This document shows positions 48,841 through 60,000 of a stretch of 64,000 nt of DNA, in pieces. A model generated the notes under the pieces. It did no database searches, was not told the origin of the DNA, and was given only the letters and a program-made list of their open reading frames with translations. Source of the DNA: an uncultured Actinomycetota bacterium. GTDB lineage: Bacteria; Actinomycetota; Actinomycetes; Actinomycetales; Dermatophilaceae. The stretch lies in the NCBI GenBank assembly GCA_963751085.1, contig CAVVTH010000004.1, positions 81,551 to 145,550 of the forward strand, in the 5' to 3' direction. Positions within the stretch are counted from its first letter, which is position 1, and each line of letters starts with the position of its first letter. Position numbers and translations under genes: made by a program.

Positions 48841-50741
48841 GAGGAGACCTCCTGGGTCGGTGCGGCGCCGGCGAGCACGAGGTCGTCGCGAGTCAGTACC
48901 GGGACCGGTCGGTCCAGGGGACGGGCGACGACGGTGCGCAGGGCCGGTTCGGGAAGGGCTTCGGTCTCGGGCTCCGAGATGGGGCGACGCCGCCGGGCTA
49001 GCTCCCGGAACGCCGCGCCGATGAAGGCGCCGAGGATGAGGGTGTTGGTGATGTTCCAGACGGTCGCCAGCGTCAGCTGGCTGTGGTTGACGTCGCGCCA
49101 CACGGCCACGAACGAGGTCGGCAGCAGGAACGTGAACAGCAGGACCTGCGGAACCATGAACGCGAACGGCGAGGCCACGCGGTGACGTCCACCGGTGACG
49201 TGCCACGTGGTGTCCTTGCCGGTGATGACGTTGAACAGTGCCCTCGTGTAGATCGGGAACGACACCGTCGACAGGAGCAGGCACTCCCAGCGGAACGAGC
49301 CGAGCGTGAAGAACGCCAGAACGATCTGCATCACGTAGAAGCCGGCGTAGTAGAGCAACCAGGTGCCCAGGCCGAGGTCCATGGTCACGGGCCGCAGGTC
49401 GAAGTAGATCTCCAGCGGTGGGACGAGCAGGAGGAGCAGCGGCGCGATCCCGGCGAGGTAGTGCGTGGACGTGACGAAGTACATGATTCGCTGGTCCGGC
49501 GTGAGGCGCCGTCGCGGGCTGAGCGGATTGTGGTTCATCAGGATCTCGAACCCGCCGGTGGCCCAGCGCTGCTGCTGCTTGGTGAACCCCTCGATGGTGT
49601 CCGGGGCGTCGCCGACGGCGAGCTCGTCGGGGATGTAGACGCTGCGCCAGCCGCGCTCGTGGAGCATCAGCGAGGTCCAGACGTCCTCGGACTTACTGGC
49701 CGTGTACATGCCGCCGATGTCGTCGACGGCCTGGCGGCGGAAGACGACGTTGGTACCGACGCAGAACGCGGCGTTGAAGTGGTTCCGGCCAGGCTGGATG
49801 AACCGGTAGAACACCGTCTGCATGTAGCCCGCGCCCCGCGCGATGACGGTGTGAAGGTTGCCGTACACCTGTGGCGTCTGGACGAACGCGACGTCCTCGC
49901 TGACGAAGAACGGCAGCGTCTCGACGAGGAAGTCCTCCTTCGGGACGAAGTCCGCGTCAAGGATGGCGAAGTACTCGCCCTTCGCGATGGACAGCGCGTG
50001 GTTGATGTTGCCGGCCTTGGCGCCGTTGTTGGACAGGCGGCGGACGTAGTGGCAGCCGAGCTCGGCCGCGAGGTCGCGGACCTCGTCGGACTTGCCGTCG
50101 TCGAGGATCCAGGTCCGGTGCTTGCCGTTCATGGCCCGGGCGGCGGTGGCGGTCCGGCGGATGGTCTCGACGGGCTCGCCGTAGACGGTGATGAAGACGT
50201 CGACCAGCGTGTCGTTCCCGTTGAGGCGGAACGGCCACTGGGTGGCGTCCTTGCCGTTCCGCGCGATCCACTTCGGGTCGAAGAGGGCGTCGCGCGCGGC
50301 GTAGTAGGCGTAGTCGCGCGGGCTGGCCGCGCCGGAGAGGATCGTCCACATGGCCAGGAGCGCTTGGAGGATGAGGAGGGACTCCGCGACGATGACCATC
50401 GAGTAGGGAAGCCAGTCCCCGCGATTGGCAGGGTTGAGCAGGAAGCTCGAGTAGAGCAGGACGCCGAGAGCGGCGATGACCGTGAGGAGGATCATGACCG
50501 GGCTGTAGTCCGTGGAGACTCGAGCTCGACGCTCGGTCAGGACCTGGGCATCGCTGCCGGCTAAGTCGTGGGAAGGGTCGAATGACAAGGTGGCACCCCC
50601 GTGCCGGTGGGTTGAGGGCCACCGACGCCCTGGCAAGGCCGCCGGTGAGATGACAGCGGCCTCGTTGCCTGCGGGAGAGGCATCTGCGCCTCGACCCCGC
50701 GTGGTTCCACGGTAGGGGCGGGGCGATGACAACGTTGCCAT
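48837..50741 (-). CDS. Processive GT2 polysaccharide synthase (BcsA/CrdS-like, no PilZ domain)
   Basis: VDVFITVYGEP, DDG, GAKAGNIN, DADF, VQTPQ, SEDV, QQQRW, two N-terminal and several C-terminal TM helices. The true start may be nearer 50588. Confidence 0.9.
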   Translation of the reverse strand: MATLSSPRPYRGTTRGRGADASPAGNEAAVISPAALPGRRWPSTHRHGGATLSFDPSHDLAGSDAQVLTERRARVSTDYSPVMILLTVIAALGVLLYSSFLLNPANRGDWLPYSMVIVAESLLILQALLAMWTILSGAASPRDYAYYAARDALFDPKWIARNGKDATQWPFRLNGNDTLVDVFITVYGEPVETIRRTATAARAMNGKHRTWILDDGKSDEVRDLAAELGCHYVRRLSNNGAKAGNINHALSIAKGEYFAILDADFVPKEDFLVETLPFFVSEDVAFVQTPQVYGNLHTVIARGAGYMQTVFYRFIQPGRNHFNAAFCVGTNVVFRRQAVDDIGGMYTASKSEDVWTSLMLHERGWRSVYIPDELAVGDAPDTIEGFTKQQQRWATGGFEILMNHNPLSPRRRLTPDQRIMYFVTSTHYLAGIAPLLLLLVPPLEIYFDLRPVTMDLGLGTWLLYYAGFYVMQIVLAFFTLGSFRWECLLLSTVSFPIYTRALFNVITGKDTTWHVTGGRHRVASPFAFMVPQVLLFTFLLPTSFVAVWRDVNHSQLTLATVWNITNTLILGAFIGAAFRELARRRRPISEPETEALPEPALRTVVARPLDRPVPVLTRDDLVLAGAAPTQEVSS

Positions 50742-50804
50742 TAGCGTGCTCCGGGCGTGCTCCAGATCACAGGCAAGCGGCGCCGCCGTCCACCTTCTGG
50801 ACGG

Positions 50805-52031
50805 TTACCCGCCGGTATGTGGTGGTCTGCCGCGATCGGGGTCGGTCCAGGCGGTTTCGCGGGCCCAGTGCACAACGCGGGGGTATGCCTCGGCGAACCA
50901 CGGCTCCTTGGCCGCCGCGTATGCGTCGGTGCTGGGACCCGCGGCGGCCAGCGCGAGCTTCATCGCCGCATACCGGTGCGCCTCCTCCGGTTCGCTCCGG
51001 AGCCAGTCGCGCCACTGCAGCGCGAACGTCCAGCCGGGAGAGCCGATCTCGCGAACGTGCAGATTGACCGCTCGACCCGGGTCCATGGATGCGTGGAAGC
51101 GCTTGAACCACCGGCCGGCGTCGGCGTCGGACGGATGCGGGGTGTCGGCGGTCAGTCCGGGGACCCTCGCGAACCCCCGGCGGGCGAGGTCGGCGATGAG
51201 ATCCGGACGGTCGGCGTCGGCCAGTGACCGGACGCCCATCTGAAGGTCGATGACGTCCTTCGCCGCGAGTCCCGGGACGCTGGTGGAGCCGATGTGCTCG
51301 ATGCGCGGTGCCCAGTCGCCGAGAGCGACGGCCAGCTTGGCGACGAGCCGCTCCGCCTGAGCCGGCCAGGTGGGGTCCGGGTCGACGACCTCCGGTCGGG
51401 CCGGCCGGGGCGCCCGGCTCTCGGTGAGCAGGTTGTCGTTGAAGGGGACCAGGCGGTCCGACCAGAGGGTGCGGACCTGTGAGGACGTAGCGTCCAGGTC
51501 ACCGCCGTTGTCGACCCACACGTCGGCGGCTGCCCGCCGCTCGGCGTCGGTGGCCTGCCGAGCGATGCGGTGCCGGGCGTCAGCCTCGTCCAGACCGCGC
51601 TGGTCCACCAGCCGCCGGATGCGGGTCTCCGGGTCGGCGCCGACGACGACCGTCAGATGCTCGTGCGGCCACAGCCGCCGCTCGACCAGCAGCGGCATGT
51701 CGTAGACCGAGACGGCACCGGAGTCGGCGGTGGCCCGCTGCTCATGCACGCGATCGGCAATGGCCGGCCCCGTGATCCGGTCCAGCTCGGCCAGGGCGTC
51801 CGGGTCCGGGAAGACGACCGCGGCGAGGGCGGCGCGGTCGAGGGAGCCATCCGGCCGGACCAGGTGGGTCCCGAAGCGCTCGGCGATGGCCCGCAGCGTG
51901 GGCGTCCCGGGCTCGACGACTTCGCGGGCCACCACGTCCGCGTCGATGACATGGGCGCCGAGGTCGCGCAGAGCGGCGGCCACGGTCGACTTGCCCGACC
52001 CGATCCCCCCGGTCAGACCGACGTCAAGCAC
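50805..52031 (-). CDS. coaE: Dephospho-CoA kinase with C-terminal GrpB domain
   Basis: GLTGGIGSGKST, IDAD..AR, LDRAALA, DMPLLVE. C-terminal IEHIGSTSVPGLAAKDVID..RDWLR..Y...K. Confidence 0.95.
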   Translation of the reverse strand: MLDVGLTGGIGSGKSTVAAALRDLGAHVIDADVVAREVVEPGTPTLRAIAERFGTHLVRPDGSLDRAALAAVVFPDPDALAELDRITGPAIADRVHEQRATADSGAVSVYDMPLLVERRLWPHEHLTVVVGADPETRIRRLVDQRGLDEADARHRIARQATDAERRAAADVWVDNGGDLDATSSQVRTLWSDRLVPFNDNLLTESRAPRPARPEVVDPDPTWPAQAERLVAKLAVALGDWAPRIEHIGSTSVPGLAAKDVIDLQMGVRSLADADRPDLIADLARRGFARVPGLTADTPHPSDADAGRWFKRFHASMDPGRAVNLHVREIGSPGWTFALQWRDWLRSEPEEAHRYAAMKLALAAAGPSTDAYAAAKEPWFAEAYPRVVHWARETAWTDPDRGRPPHTGG

Positions 52032-52072
52032 CGGACCAGCGTAGGGCGCCGACCCGGCGGATCAGTCCGAGG

Positions 52073-53178
<1,106 letters not shown>

Positions 53179-53181
53179 GGG

Positions 53182-54498
53182 TCAGAGCTTGGCCTTGATC
53201 TGGCTGTCGATGACCTGTTGGGTCTCGCTGTTCAGGCCCCCGAAGGTCTGTGCGACGTCCGCGCCCTGCGTGATCTGGTCGAGCGCCTTCCCGATCCGGG
53301 CGCCACCACCGGGCACGAACACCCGGGCGTAGTCCTGTGACCGCGTCTTCGGCAGCTGGTCGACGGCCGTCTTGGCGTTGGGGTTCTTGGCCAGGAAGTC
53401 CTTCTCCGACTGGTTGTCGAGGGCCGACTTCCGCACCGGCATGTAGCCGGTGGCCTGGGTGAAGGTCACGGTGTTGTCGGCGTTGGTGAGGAACTCCATG
53501 AACTTGAGCGCGTTCTTCTTCCGCTGGTCGGAGATCCCCGACGGGATCGCGACGCCCGCGCCGCCGGTGGGACAGTTGCCGTCACCGGGCATGAACGCGG
53601 TCCCGACCGAGAACTTCGCCGCCTTGGCGATGCCGCCGAGCGACCCGGTGGACTGGACGATGCACGTGGCAAGGCCGGCCCCGAAGTCGGCCTCGGGCGT
53701 CTTGTTGACCTTGAGGTAGCCGCTCTTGGCCATGTCCTGGACGTACTGGCCGGCCTGCACCGTCTTGGGGTCGGTGAACGTCGGCGTCCACTCCTTGGAG
53801 TAGTTGCCGCCGAAGTCCCAGACGATGTTCTGGAAGTACCAGTCGAAGTAGTTGGAGCCGTCCGGCATCTCGAACACCGCCTTGTCCGCACCGGCCGCCG
53901 CCCTGAGCTTCGGCGCCCACTCCTGCAGCTCCTGCCAGGTCTTCGGGCCGCGGTCCTCCAGACCGGCGGCCTTCCAGAGGTCCTTGTTGTAGTAGAACAG
54001 CGGCGTCGAACGGGCATACGGCAGCGCGAAGTGCTGGTTCTTGAACTTGTAGTCGTTGAAGAGCGCGTCGACGTAGTCGTCGACCTTCACCCCGGCCGCC
54101 GAGAGGAGGTCGTCGAGCGGAGTGAACTGCTTGTTGAGCGCGAAGTTGAACCACGTGACGTCCGAGGCCACGACGATGTCGGGCAGGCTGCCCCCGGCCA
54201 GCGCGGCGTTGAACTTCTGGGCCACCTCCTCGTAGTTCTTCCCCGCGTCGGTGAGCTTGACCGTGAGGCCCGGGTTCGCCGACTGGAACGCAGTGATGAG
54301 CTTCTGCTCGACGTCCTTGGAGTTGCCCGGGTGGTTGCTCCAGAAGTCGATGGTGTTCTCGTTGCCTCCGCCGCCGCTGGCCTGCGGGGTGCCGGGGCTA
54401 CCGGTCCCGGCGCAGGCGCTCAGCCCGACGAGGGCGGCGGCGCCGCCGGCCGCTCCGAGGAAGCCCCGGCGAGAGAGCTGGCGTGGGATGTCGTTCAT
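53182..54498 (-). CDS. ABC substrate-binding Tat lipoprotein, UgpB-like (glycerophosphodiester type)
   Basis: SRRGFL, LSAC, FWSNHPG, PYARSTPLFYYNK, PTGGAG, TGYMPVRKSA. Confidence 0.85.
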   Translation of the reverse strand: MNDIPRQLSRRGFLGAAGGAAALVGLSACAGTGSPGTPQASGGGGNENTIDFWSNHPGNSKDVEQKLITAFQSANPGLTVKLTDAGKNYEEVAQKFNAALAGGSLPDIVVASDVTWFNFALNKQFTPLDDLLSAAGVKVDDYVDALFNDYKFKNQHFALPYARSTPLFYYNKDLWKAAGLEDRGPKTWQELQEWAPKLRAAAGADKAVFEMPDGSNYFDWYFQNIVWDFGGNYSKEWTPTFTDPKTVQAGQYVQDMAKSGYLKVNKTPEADFGAGLATCIVQSTGSLGGIAKAAKFSVGTAFMPGDGNCPTGGAGVAIPSGISDQRKKNALKFMEFLTNADNTVTFTQATGYMPVRKSALDNQSEKDFLAKNPNAKTAVDQLPKTRSQDYARVFVPGGGARIGKALDQITQGADVAQTFGGLNSETQQVIDSQIKAKL

Positions 54499-54547
54499 GG
54501 CGTGCCTTCCGTATGCGTGGTCGGTGCGGTCGAGGGGGGTATGCGGG

Positions 54548-55375
54548 TCAGCTCTTGACAGCGCCGGCGGTGAGGCCCTTGATCATCTGGCGCTGGAGGA
54601 AGAGGAACAGGATGAGGATCGGCAGCATCGCGAGGATGGTGCCGGCCATGACGGGTCCCCAGTTGGTGAGGCCCTCGTTGTTCTGGAGCAGGGTGAGGCC
54701 GACCGGCAGCGGGGCGACCCGCTCGTCGTCGGCCATGAGGAACGGCCAGAGGTACTCGTTCCACTCGTTGACGACGGTGATGAGCGCGAAGGCCACGAGC
54801 GTCGGCCACGACATCGGCAGGACGATCCGCCACAGCAGCTTCATCGGGCCGGTGCCGTCGAGCCGGGCGGCTTCGATGATCTCCCCTGGCAGGGAGAGGA
54901 ACTGGTTGCGCATGAGGAAGGTCCCGAAGGCCACCCCGGCCAGCGGGATGATGATGCCCTGGTAGGTGTTCTTCCAGCCCAGCTGGCTGACCAGGGCGTA
55001 GTTGGAGATCACGGTGATCTGGTTGGGCACCATCAGCGCGGCGATGACGACGAGGAAGACGATTCCGCGGCCGGGGAACCGCAGCAGCGACAACGCATAC
55101 GCGCTCAGCACGCCGAGGATGATCTTGGCCGTCGCTGTGACGCTGGTGATGATCATCGAGTTGCGCAGATAGCTCCAGAACGGGATCCGGGTCGTGACGT
55201 CGCCGTAGTTCTCCTTGGTCGCCGGGTTCGGCCACCACTGAGCGGGCCGGACGTAGATGTCCTGCCGCTCCTTGAACGAGGTGATGAGGATCCAGAACAG
55301 CGGTACGGCGATGACGAGGGTCACCAGGATCATCGCGACGTAGCCGGCGGCGCTCCAGCCCTTGCCGCGGTTCAC
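54548..55375 (-). CDS. Carbohydrate ABC permease, UgpE-like
   Basis: FGTFLMRNQFLSLP.EIIEAARLDG, WNEYLWP. GTG overlaps the upstream TGA. Confidence 0.88.
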   Translation of the reverse strand: MNRGKGWSAAGYVAMILVTLVIAVPLFWILITSFKERQDIYVRPAQWWPNPATKENYGDVTTRIPFWSYLRNSMIITSVTATAKIILGVLSAYALSLLRFPGRGIVFLVVIAALMVPNQITVISNYALVSQLGWKNTYQGIIIPLAGVAFGTFLMRNQFLSLPGEIIEAARLDGTGPMKLLWRIVLPMSWPTLVAFALITVVNEWNEYLWPFLMADDERVAPLPVGLTLLQNNEGLTNWGPVMAGTILAMLPILILFLFLQRQMIKGLTAGAVKS

Positions 55376-56319
55376 GACGTGTTCCGATCCATGAAGCGGA
55401 CCTGGACCACGGTGACGACGAGCAGGACGAGGAACATGATCGTCGCGACGGTCGCGCCGTAGCCGGCCCGGAGGTTGACGAAGGTCTCCTGGTAGACCTG
55501 GTAGACCAACGTGGTCGTGCCGTTGCCGACCGGCCCGCCCCGCGTCATCACGTTGATGATGTCGAACACCTGCACCGAGCTGAGCAGCACGGTGATCGAC
55601 AGGAAGAAGGTCGTCGGCCGCAGCTGCGGGAGCAGCACCTTGGTGAACCGTCGCCACGCCGAGGCGCCGTCGATCTCGGCGGCCTCGTCGAGGTCGACCC
55701 GGCGGCCCTGCAGCGCCGCGAGGTAGATGACGAACGAGTACCCGAGGTTCTTCCAGATGTAGGTGACCGTCACCATGAACAGCGCCCAGTGCTGGTTCTG
55801 GTAGAAGTCCGGCGAGTCCACCCCGATGCGGGCGAGCAGGTCACGCACGAGCCCGAAGCTGGGGTCGAAGACGAACTGGAACGCGACGCCGATCGCCGCG
55901 CCGGAGATGACGAACGGCGCGAAGACGGCGGAGCGCACGAGGTTGCGGCCACGCAGCCGCTGGTCCAGCAGCAGGGCGAGCGCCAGGCCGATGCCCATCG
56001 AGAGCACCACCGTGGCGACCGTGAAGATCACCGTGTTGAGGACGATGGTGCGCGTGTCCGGCCGGGTGAACCACTCGGTGTAGTTGGCGAACCCGATGAA
56101 GTTGGCGATCGGTGCGGAGATGTTCCAGTCGGTGAACGACAGCCGGATGTTGTCGAGCAGCGGCCGGTAGGTGAAGAGGATGAGCAGCGCGAGGTTCGGC
56201 AGCAACAGGACCGCGGCCAGCAGCCACTCTCGCCAGCTGACGCCGGACCGCTTCGGCGGCGGTCCGACCGGCTCCGGCGGCCCGGTCCGGACAGCCCGGT
56301 CGCGCGTCGCCGTCGTCAC
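55372..56319 (-). CDS. Carbohydrate ABC permease, UgpA-like
   Basis: FIGFANY, WKNLGY..VIYLAALQ, EAAEIDGAS.WRRF..V.LPQL, MTRGGP. Confidence 0.88.
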   Translation of the reverse strand: MTTATRDRAVRTGPPEPVGPPPKRSGVSWREWLLAAVLLLPNLALLILFTYRPLLDNIRLSFTDWNISAPIANFIGFANYTEWFTRPDTRTIVLNTVIFTVATVVLSMGIGLALALLLDQRLRGRNLVRSAVFAPFVISGAAIGVAFQFVFDPSFGLVRDLLARIGVDSPDFYQNQHWALFMVTVTYIWKNLGYSFVIYLAALQGRRVDLDEAAEIDGASAWRRFTKVLLPQLRPTTFFLSITVLLSSVQVFDIINVMTRGGPVGNGTTTLVYQVYQETFVNLRAGYGATVATIMFLVLLVVTVVQVRFMDRNTS

Positions 56320-56530
56320 TGCTTCCGCCGCCGGATCGCCACCGCAGACCGACGTCGCCGGTGAACCGTGCGCTGCTGCAGCATGAACCCTCCACGAGAC
56401 GTCGATGTCGGTCGCGGCGGTCACCTCGTCCAACCGTGACCTCTCGTCACTATGTCACGACAATCGCGACCGCGGCGCAAACGCTAGCCGCCGACGCGCC
56501 GGTGCGCAGGGCGCCTCGCCGGAGAACGCC

Positions 56531-56564
56531 GAACGGCCCGGAACCGTATGGTTCCGGGCCGTTC
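56531..56564 (-). terminator. rpsA terminator hairpin
   Basis: GAACGGCCCGGAACC-GTAT-GGTTCCGGGCCGTTC, a perfect 15-bp stem about 45 nt after the stop. Confidence 0.8.
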
Positions 56565-56608
56565 GTGGGGCCAGGATCGGCGGCTCCGGGAGAGCCGCCG
56601 CATACCCG

Positions 56609-58156
56609 TCAGTTGCCGGTGAGCTTCTCCCGCAGCGCGGCCAGGGCCTCGTCGGAGGCCAGGGTGCCCTCCGACGTGGAGGGACGGGGCGCGGCCGCCT
56701 CGTCGGACCCGGCCGACCCGGTCGACCCGTTGGACCCGCTCGACCCGTTGGAGCCGCCGGAGCCGCTGGAGCCGGTCGAGCTCGAGTAGGACGTCGGCAT
56801 CTCGCCGCCGCCGGAGGCCGCCTCCGCGTCGGCCTTGGCCGCCGCCTCGACCTGCGCGCGGTGCGCCTCCCAGCGGGCGTGCGCCTCGGCGTACTGCTTC
56901 TCCCACTTCTCGCGCTGGGTCTCGAAGCCGGGCAGCCACTCGTTGGTCTCCGGGTCGAAGCCCTCGGGGTACTTGTAGTTGCCCTGCTCGTCGTACTCCG
57001 CCGCCATGCCGTAGAGCGTCGGGTCGAACTCGGCGACCGGGGCGCTCTCGTCGTTGGCCTGCTTCAGCGACAGCGAGATCCGGCGACGCTCGAGGTCGAT
57101 GTCGATGACCTTGACGAAGATGTCGTTGCCGACGGTGACGACCTGCTCCGGCAGCTCCACGTGGCGCTCGGCCAGCTCGGAGATGTGGACCAGGCCCTCG
57201 ATGCCGTCGTCCACCCGGACGAAGGCGCCGAAGGGCACGAGCTTGGTGACCTTGCCCGGCACGACCTGACCGATCGCGTGGGTCCGGGCGAAGTGCTGCC
57301 AGGGGTCCTCCTGCGTCGCCTTGAGCGACAGGGAGACGCGCTCGCGGTCCATGTCGACATCGAGGACCTCGACGGTGACCTCCTGGCCGACCTCGACCAC
57401 CTCGGACGGGTGGTCGATGTGCTTCCAGGACAGCTCGGACACGTGGACCAGGCCGTCGACGCCGCCGAGGTCGACGAACGCGCCGAAGTTGACGATCGAG
57501 CTGACGACGCCGGTGCGGACCTGACCCTTCTGCAGCTCCTTGAGGAACGTCGTGCGCACCTCGGACTGGGTCTGCTCGAGCCACGCGCGCCGGGACAGGA
57601 CGACGTTGTTGCGGTTCTTGTCCAGCTCGATGATCTTGGCCTCGATCTCCTTGCCCACGTAGGGCTGGAGGTCGCGGACGCGACGCATCTCGACGAGGGA
57701 GGCCGGCAGGAAGCCGCGGAGGCCGATGTCGAGGATGAGGCCACCCTTGACGACCTCGATGACGGTGCCGGTGACGACGCCGTCCTCCTCCTTGATCTTC
57801 TCGATCGTGCCCCAGGCGCGCTCGTACTGAGCGCGCTTCTTGGACAGGATCAGCCGGCCTTCCTTGTCCTCCTTCTGGAGGACGAGGGCCTCGACCTCGT
57901 CGCCGACCTTGACCACGTCGGCCGGGTCGACGTCGTGCTTGATGGACAGCTCACGCGAGGGGATGACGCCCTCGGTCTTGTAGCCGATGTCGAGCAGGAC
58001 CTCGTCCCGGTCGACCTTGACGATGCGACCTTCGACGATGTCGCCGTCGTTGAAATCCTTGATCGTCGCGTCGATCGCGGCGAGCAGGTCTTCCTCAGAG
58101 CCGATGTCGTTGATGGCGATCTGAGGGGCGGCCTTGGTGGCCGTGCTGGCAGTCAT
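56609..58156 (-). CDS. rpsA: 30S ribosomal protein S1
   Basis: Four S1 domains (DIGYKTEG, GFLPASLVE, DGLVHVSELSW, EGLVHISEL) and the actinobacterial C-terminus GTLASDEALAALREKL. Confidence 0.98.
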   Translation of the reverse strand: MTASTATKAAPQIAINDIGSEEDLLAAIDATIKDFNDGDIVEGRIVKVDRDEVLLDIGYKTEGVIPSRELSIKHDVDPADVVKVGDEVEALVLQKEDKEGRLILSKKRAQYERAWGTIEKIKEEDGVVTGTVIEVVKGGLILDIGLRGFLPASLVEMRRVRDLQPYVGKEIEAKIIELDKNRNNVVLSRRAWLEQTQSEVRTTFLKELQKGQVRTGVVSSIVNFGAFVDLGGVDGLVHVSELSWKHIDHPSEVVEVGQEVTVEVLDVDMDRERVSLSLKATQEDPWQHFARTHAIGQVVPGKVTKLVPFGAFVRVDDGIEGLVHISELAERHVELPEQVVTVGNDIFVKVIDIDLERRRISLSLKQANDESAPVAEFDPTLYGMAAEYDEQGNYKYPEGFDPETNEWLPGFETQREKWEKQYAEAHARWEAHRAQVEAAAKADAEAASGGGEMPTSYSSSTGSSGSGGSNGSSGSNGSTGSAGSDEAAAPRPSTSEGTLASDEALAALREKLTGN

Positions 58157-58287
58157 AGAGGAATGGGCTCCGATGGACAGTGAATAGTGGGGTGGGCATG
58201 CGTAGGTGACGCACACACGTGTGCTTGCTCACCTTACCCGGGCGCTCACAGGACGGTCAAAGCGCCGTCGCCCGCCAGACTGTGGGC

Positions 58288-59146
58288 ATGACCAGCGAGG
58301 ATGCCGCCGGACCGACCGGCGCCGCAGGGCATCCGGGGACGGCCGCTCCGGTGACCCGCCGGGACGCCGGCCAGCCGGAGACCGGACGCGCCAACCGGGC
58401 CTGGTGGGACGCGGAAGCGGAGGACTACTACGCCGAGCACGGCGCGTTCCTCGGCGACCTCGAGCTGACGTGGGGACCGGAAGGGCTGCGCGAGTCGGAG
58501 GCCCGCCTGCTGGGCGACCTCGCGGGTATGCGGGTGCTCGAGATCGGCTGCGGCGCGGCCCAGGGCTCGCGCTGGGTGGCCGGCCAGGGCGCTGCCGCCG
58601 TGGTCGCCTCGGACGTGTCGGCGGGCATGCTCGGAGCGGGCTCGGCGGATCAACGCGACCGTGGAGGACCCGGCGCTCCGCGTGCCGCTCGTGCAGTGCG
58701 ACGGCGTAGCCCTGCCCTTTCCCGACGCGGCCTTCGACATCGTCTTCACCGCATACGGGGTGGTGCCGTTCGTCGCGGACTCGGCCGGCGTGATGGCCGA
58801 GGCCGCGCGGGTGCTGCGCCCGGGCGGCCGGTTCGTCTTCTCGACGACGCACCCGGTGCGCTGGGCGATGCCCGACGACCCCGGCGAGGAGGGCCTCAAG
58901 GTCACCCAGTCCTACTTCGACCGCACCGCCTACGTCGAGCAGGACGTCACCGGGGCGGCGTCCTACGTCGAGCACCACCGGACGTTGGGCGACCGGGTCC
59001 GCGAGATCGTCGCGGCGGGGCTCCGGATCGTCGACGTGGTCGAGCCGGAGTGGCCGGAGAGCAACCTGGAGACCTGGGCCGGCTGGTCGCAGCTGCGCGG
59101 CCGGCTGGTGCCCGGCACGGCGATCTTCGTCTGCTCGCGGGGCTGA
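58288..59146 (+). CDS. Class I SAM-dependent methyltransferase, frameshift near 58640
   Basis: RVLEIGCGAA, LPFPDAAFD, RVLRPGGRFVFS..HP, YVEHHRT. Conserved neighbour of rpsA. Confidence 0.88.
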
Positions 59147-59150
59147 GCGG

Positions 59151-59918
59151 TCACACCAGGGTGTAGCCGCCGTCGATGACGACCGACTCCCCGACGACGT
59201 AACGCGACGCGTCCGAGGCGAGGAACACGACGAGCCCGCGCAGGTCCGCCGGCTCGCCGAGCCGGCCGGCCGGTACGCGGGCACGCCAGCCCTCCCCGGT
59301 CTCCGGGTCGGAGTCGATGAACTGGCGGGTCATGTCGGACAGGAAGTAGCCCGGGGCGACCGCGTTGACCCGGATGCCGCGCCCCACCCACTCCACCGCG
59401 AGCGACCGGGTCAGCTGGTCGACACCGGCCTTGGACGCGTTGTAGGCCGCCTGCCGCTGCGGCACGTTGACGACGAAGGCCGACATCGAGCTGACGTTGA
59501 CGATGCTGCCGGTGCCGGCCGCCCGGAACACCGTGCGCGCGAAGGCCTGGCACGACAGGAAGGTCCCGGTGAGGTTGACGTCGACGACCCGGCGCCACTG
59601 GACGGCGCGCATCTCCTCGGCCTCCGACCAGGCGGCGACACCGGCCGCGTTGACGAGGACGCCGGGAGTGCCGAGCTCGTCGACGACCCGGTCGAACGCA
59701 CCGGCCAGGGCGACGTCGTCGGTCACGTCGGCGTGCAGCCCGATCGTGCGCACCGCCCGGCGCGCGCCGAGCTCGGCCGCGGACGACTCCAAGCCGTTCC
59801 CGACATCGAGCAGCGCCACCGCGCATCCCGCCTCGGCCAGCGCGTCGGCCATCTCCAGGCCCAGGCCGCGGGCACCGCCGGTGACCACCGCCACCCGGCC
59901 GTCGAGGTCCTCGAACAT
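59151..59918 (-). CDS. SDR family oxidoreductase (sorbose/xylulose reductase-like)
   Basis: TGGARGLG, NAAG, SSMS..VNVPQ.QAAYNASK, VNAVAPGY, DGGY. Confidence 0.9.
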   Translation of the reverse strand: MFEDLDGRVAVVTGGARGLGLEMADALAEAGCAVALLDVGNGLESSAAELGARRAVRTIGLHADVTDDVALAGAFDRVVDELGTPGVLVNAAGVAAWSEAEEMRAVQWRRVVDVNLTGTFLSCQAFARTVFRAAGTGSIVNVSSMSAFVVNVPQRQAAYNASKAGVDQLTRSLAVEWVGRGIRVNAVAPGYFLSDMTRQFIDSDPETGEGWRARVPAGRLGEPADLRGLVVFLASDASRYVVGESVVIDGGYTLV

Positions 59919-60000
59919 TCCGCCACCCTGCCATGCGGGTCAGGCCACCGCAGCGGCGTCTGCCGGTTGACCCGCGGGTGGAACCGAGGATCCTGAGGTC

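Noticed and set aside
48837-50741. Calling the GT2 a cellulose synthase (bcsA)
   Set aside because: No PilZ domain, BcsB or GH8/GH6 partner, and the co-encoded hydrolase is beta-1,3-specific. Linkage cannot be assigned from motifs alone.
50805-52031. CoaE-GrpB fusion as a novelty
   Set aside because: This fusion is already well known in actinobacteria.
56415-56465. PHO-box-like GTCAC repeats upstream of the ugp-type operon
   Set aside because: Mixed orientation and no 11-bp periodicity, so it cannot be supported by eye.
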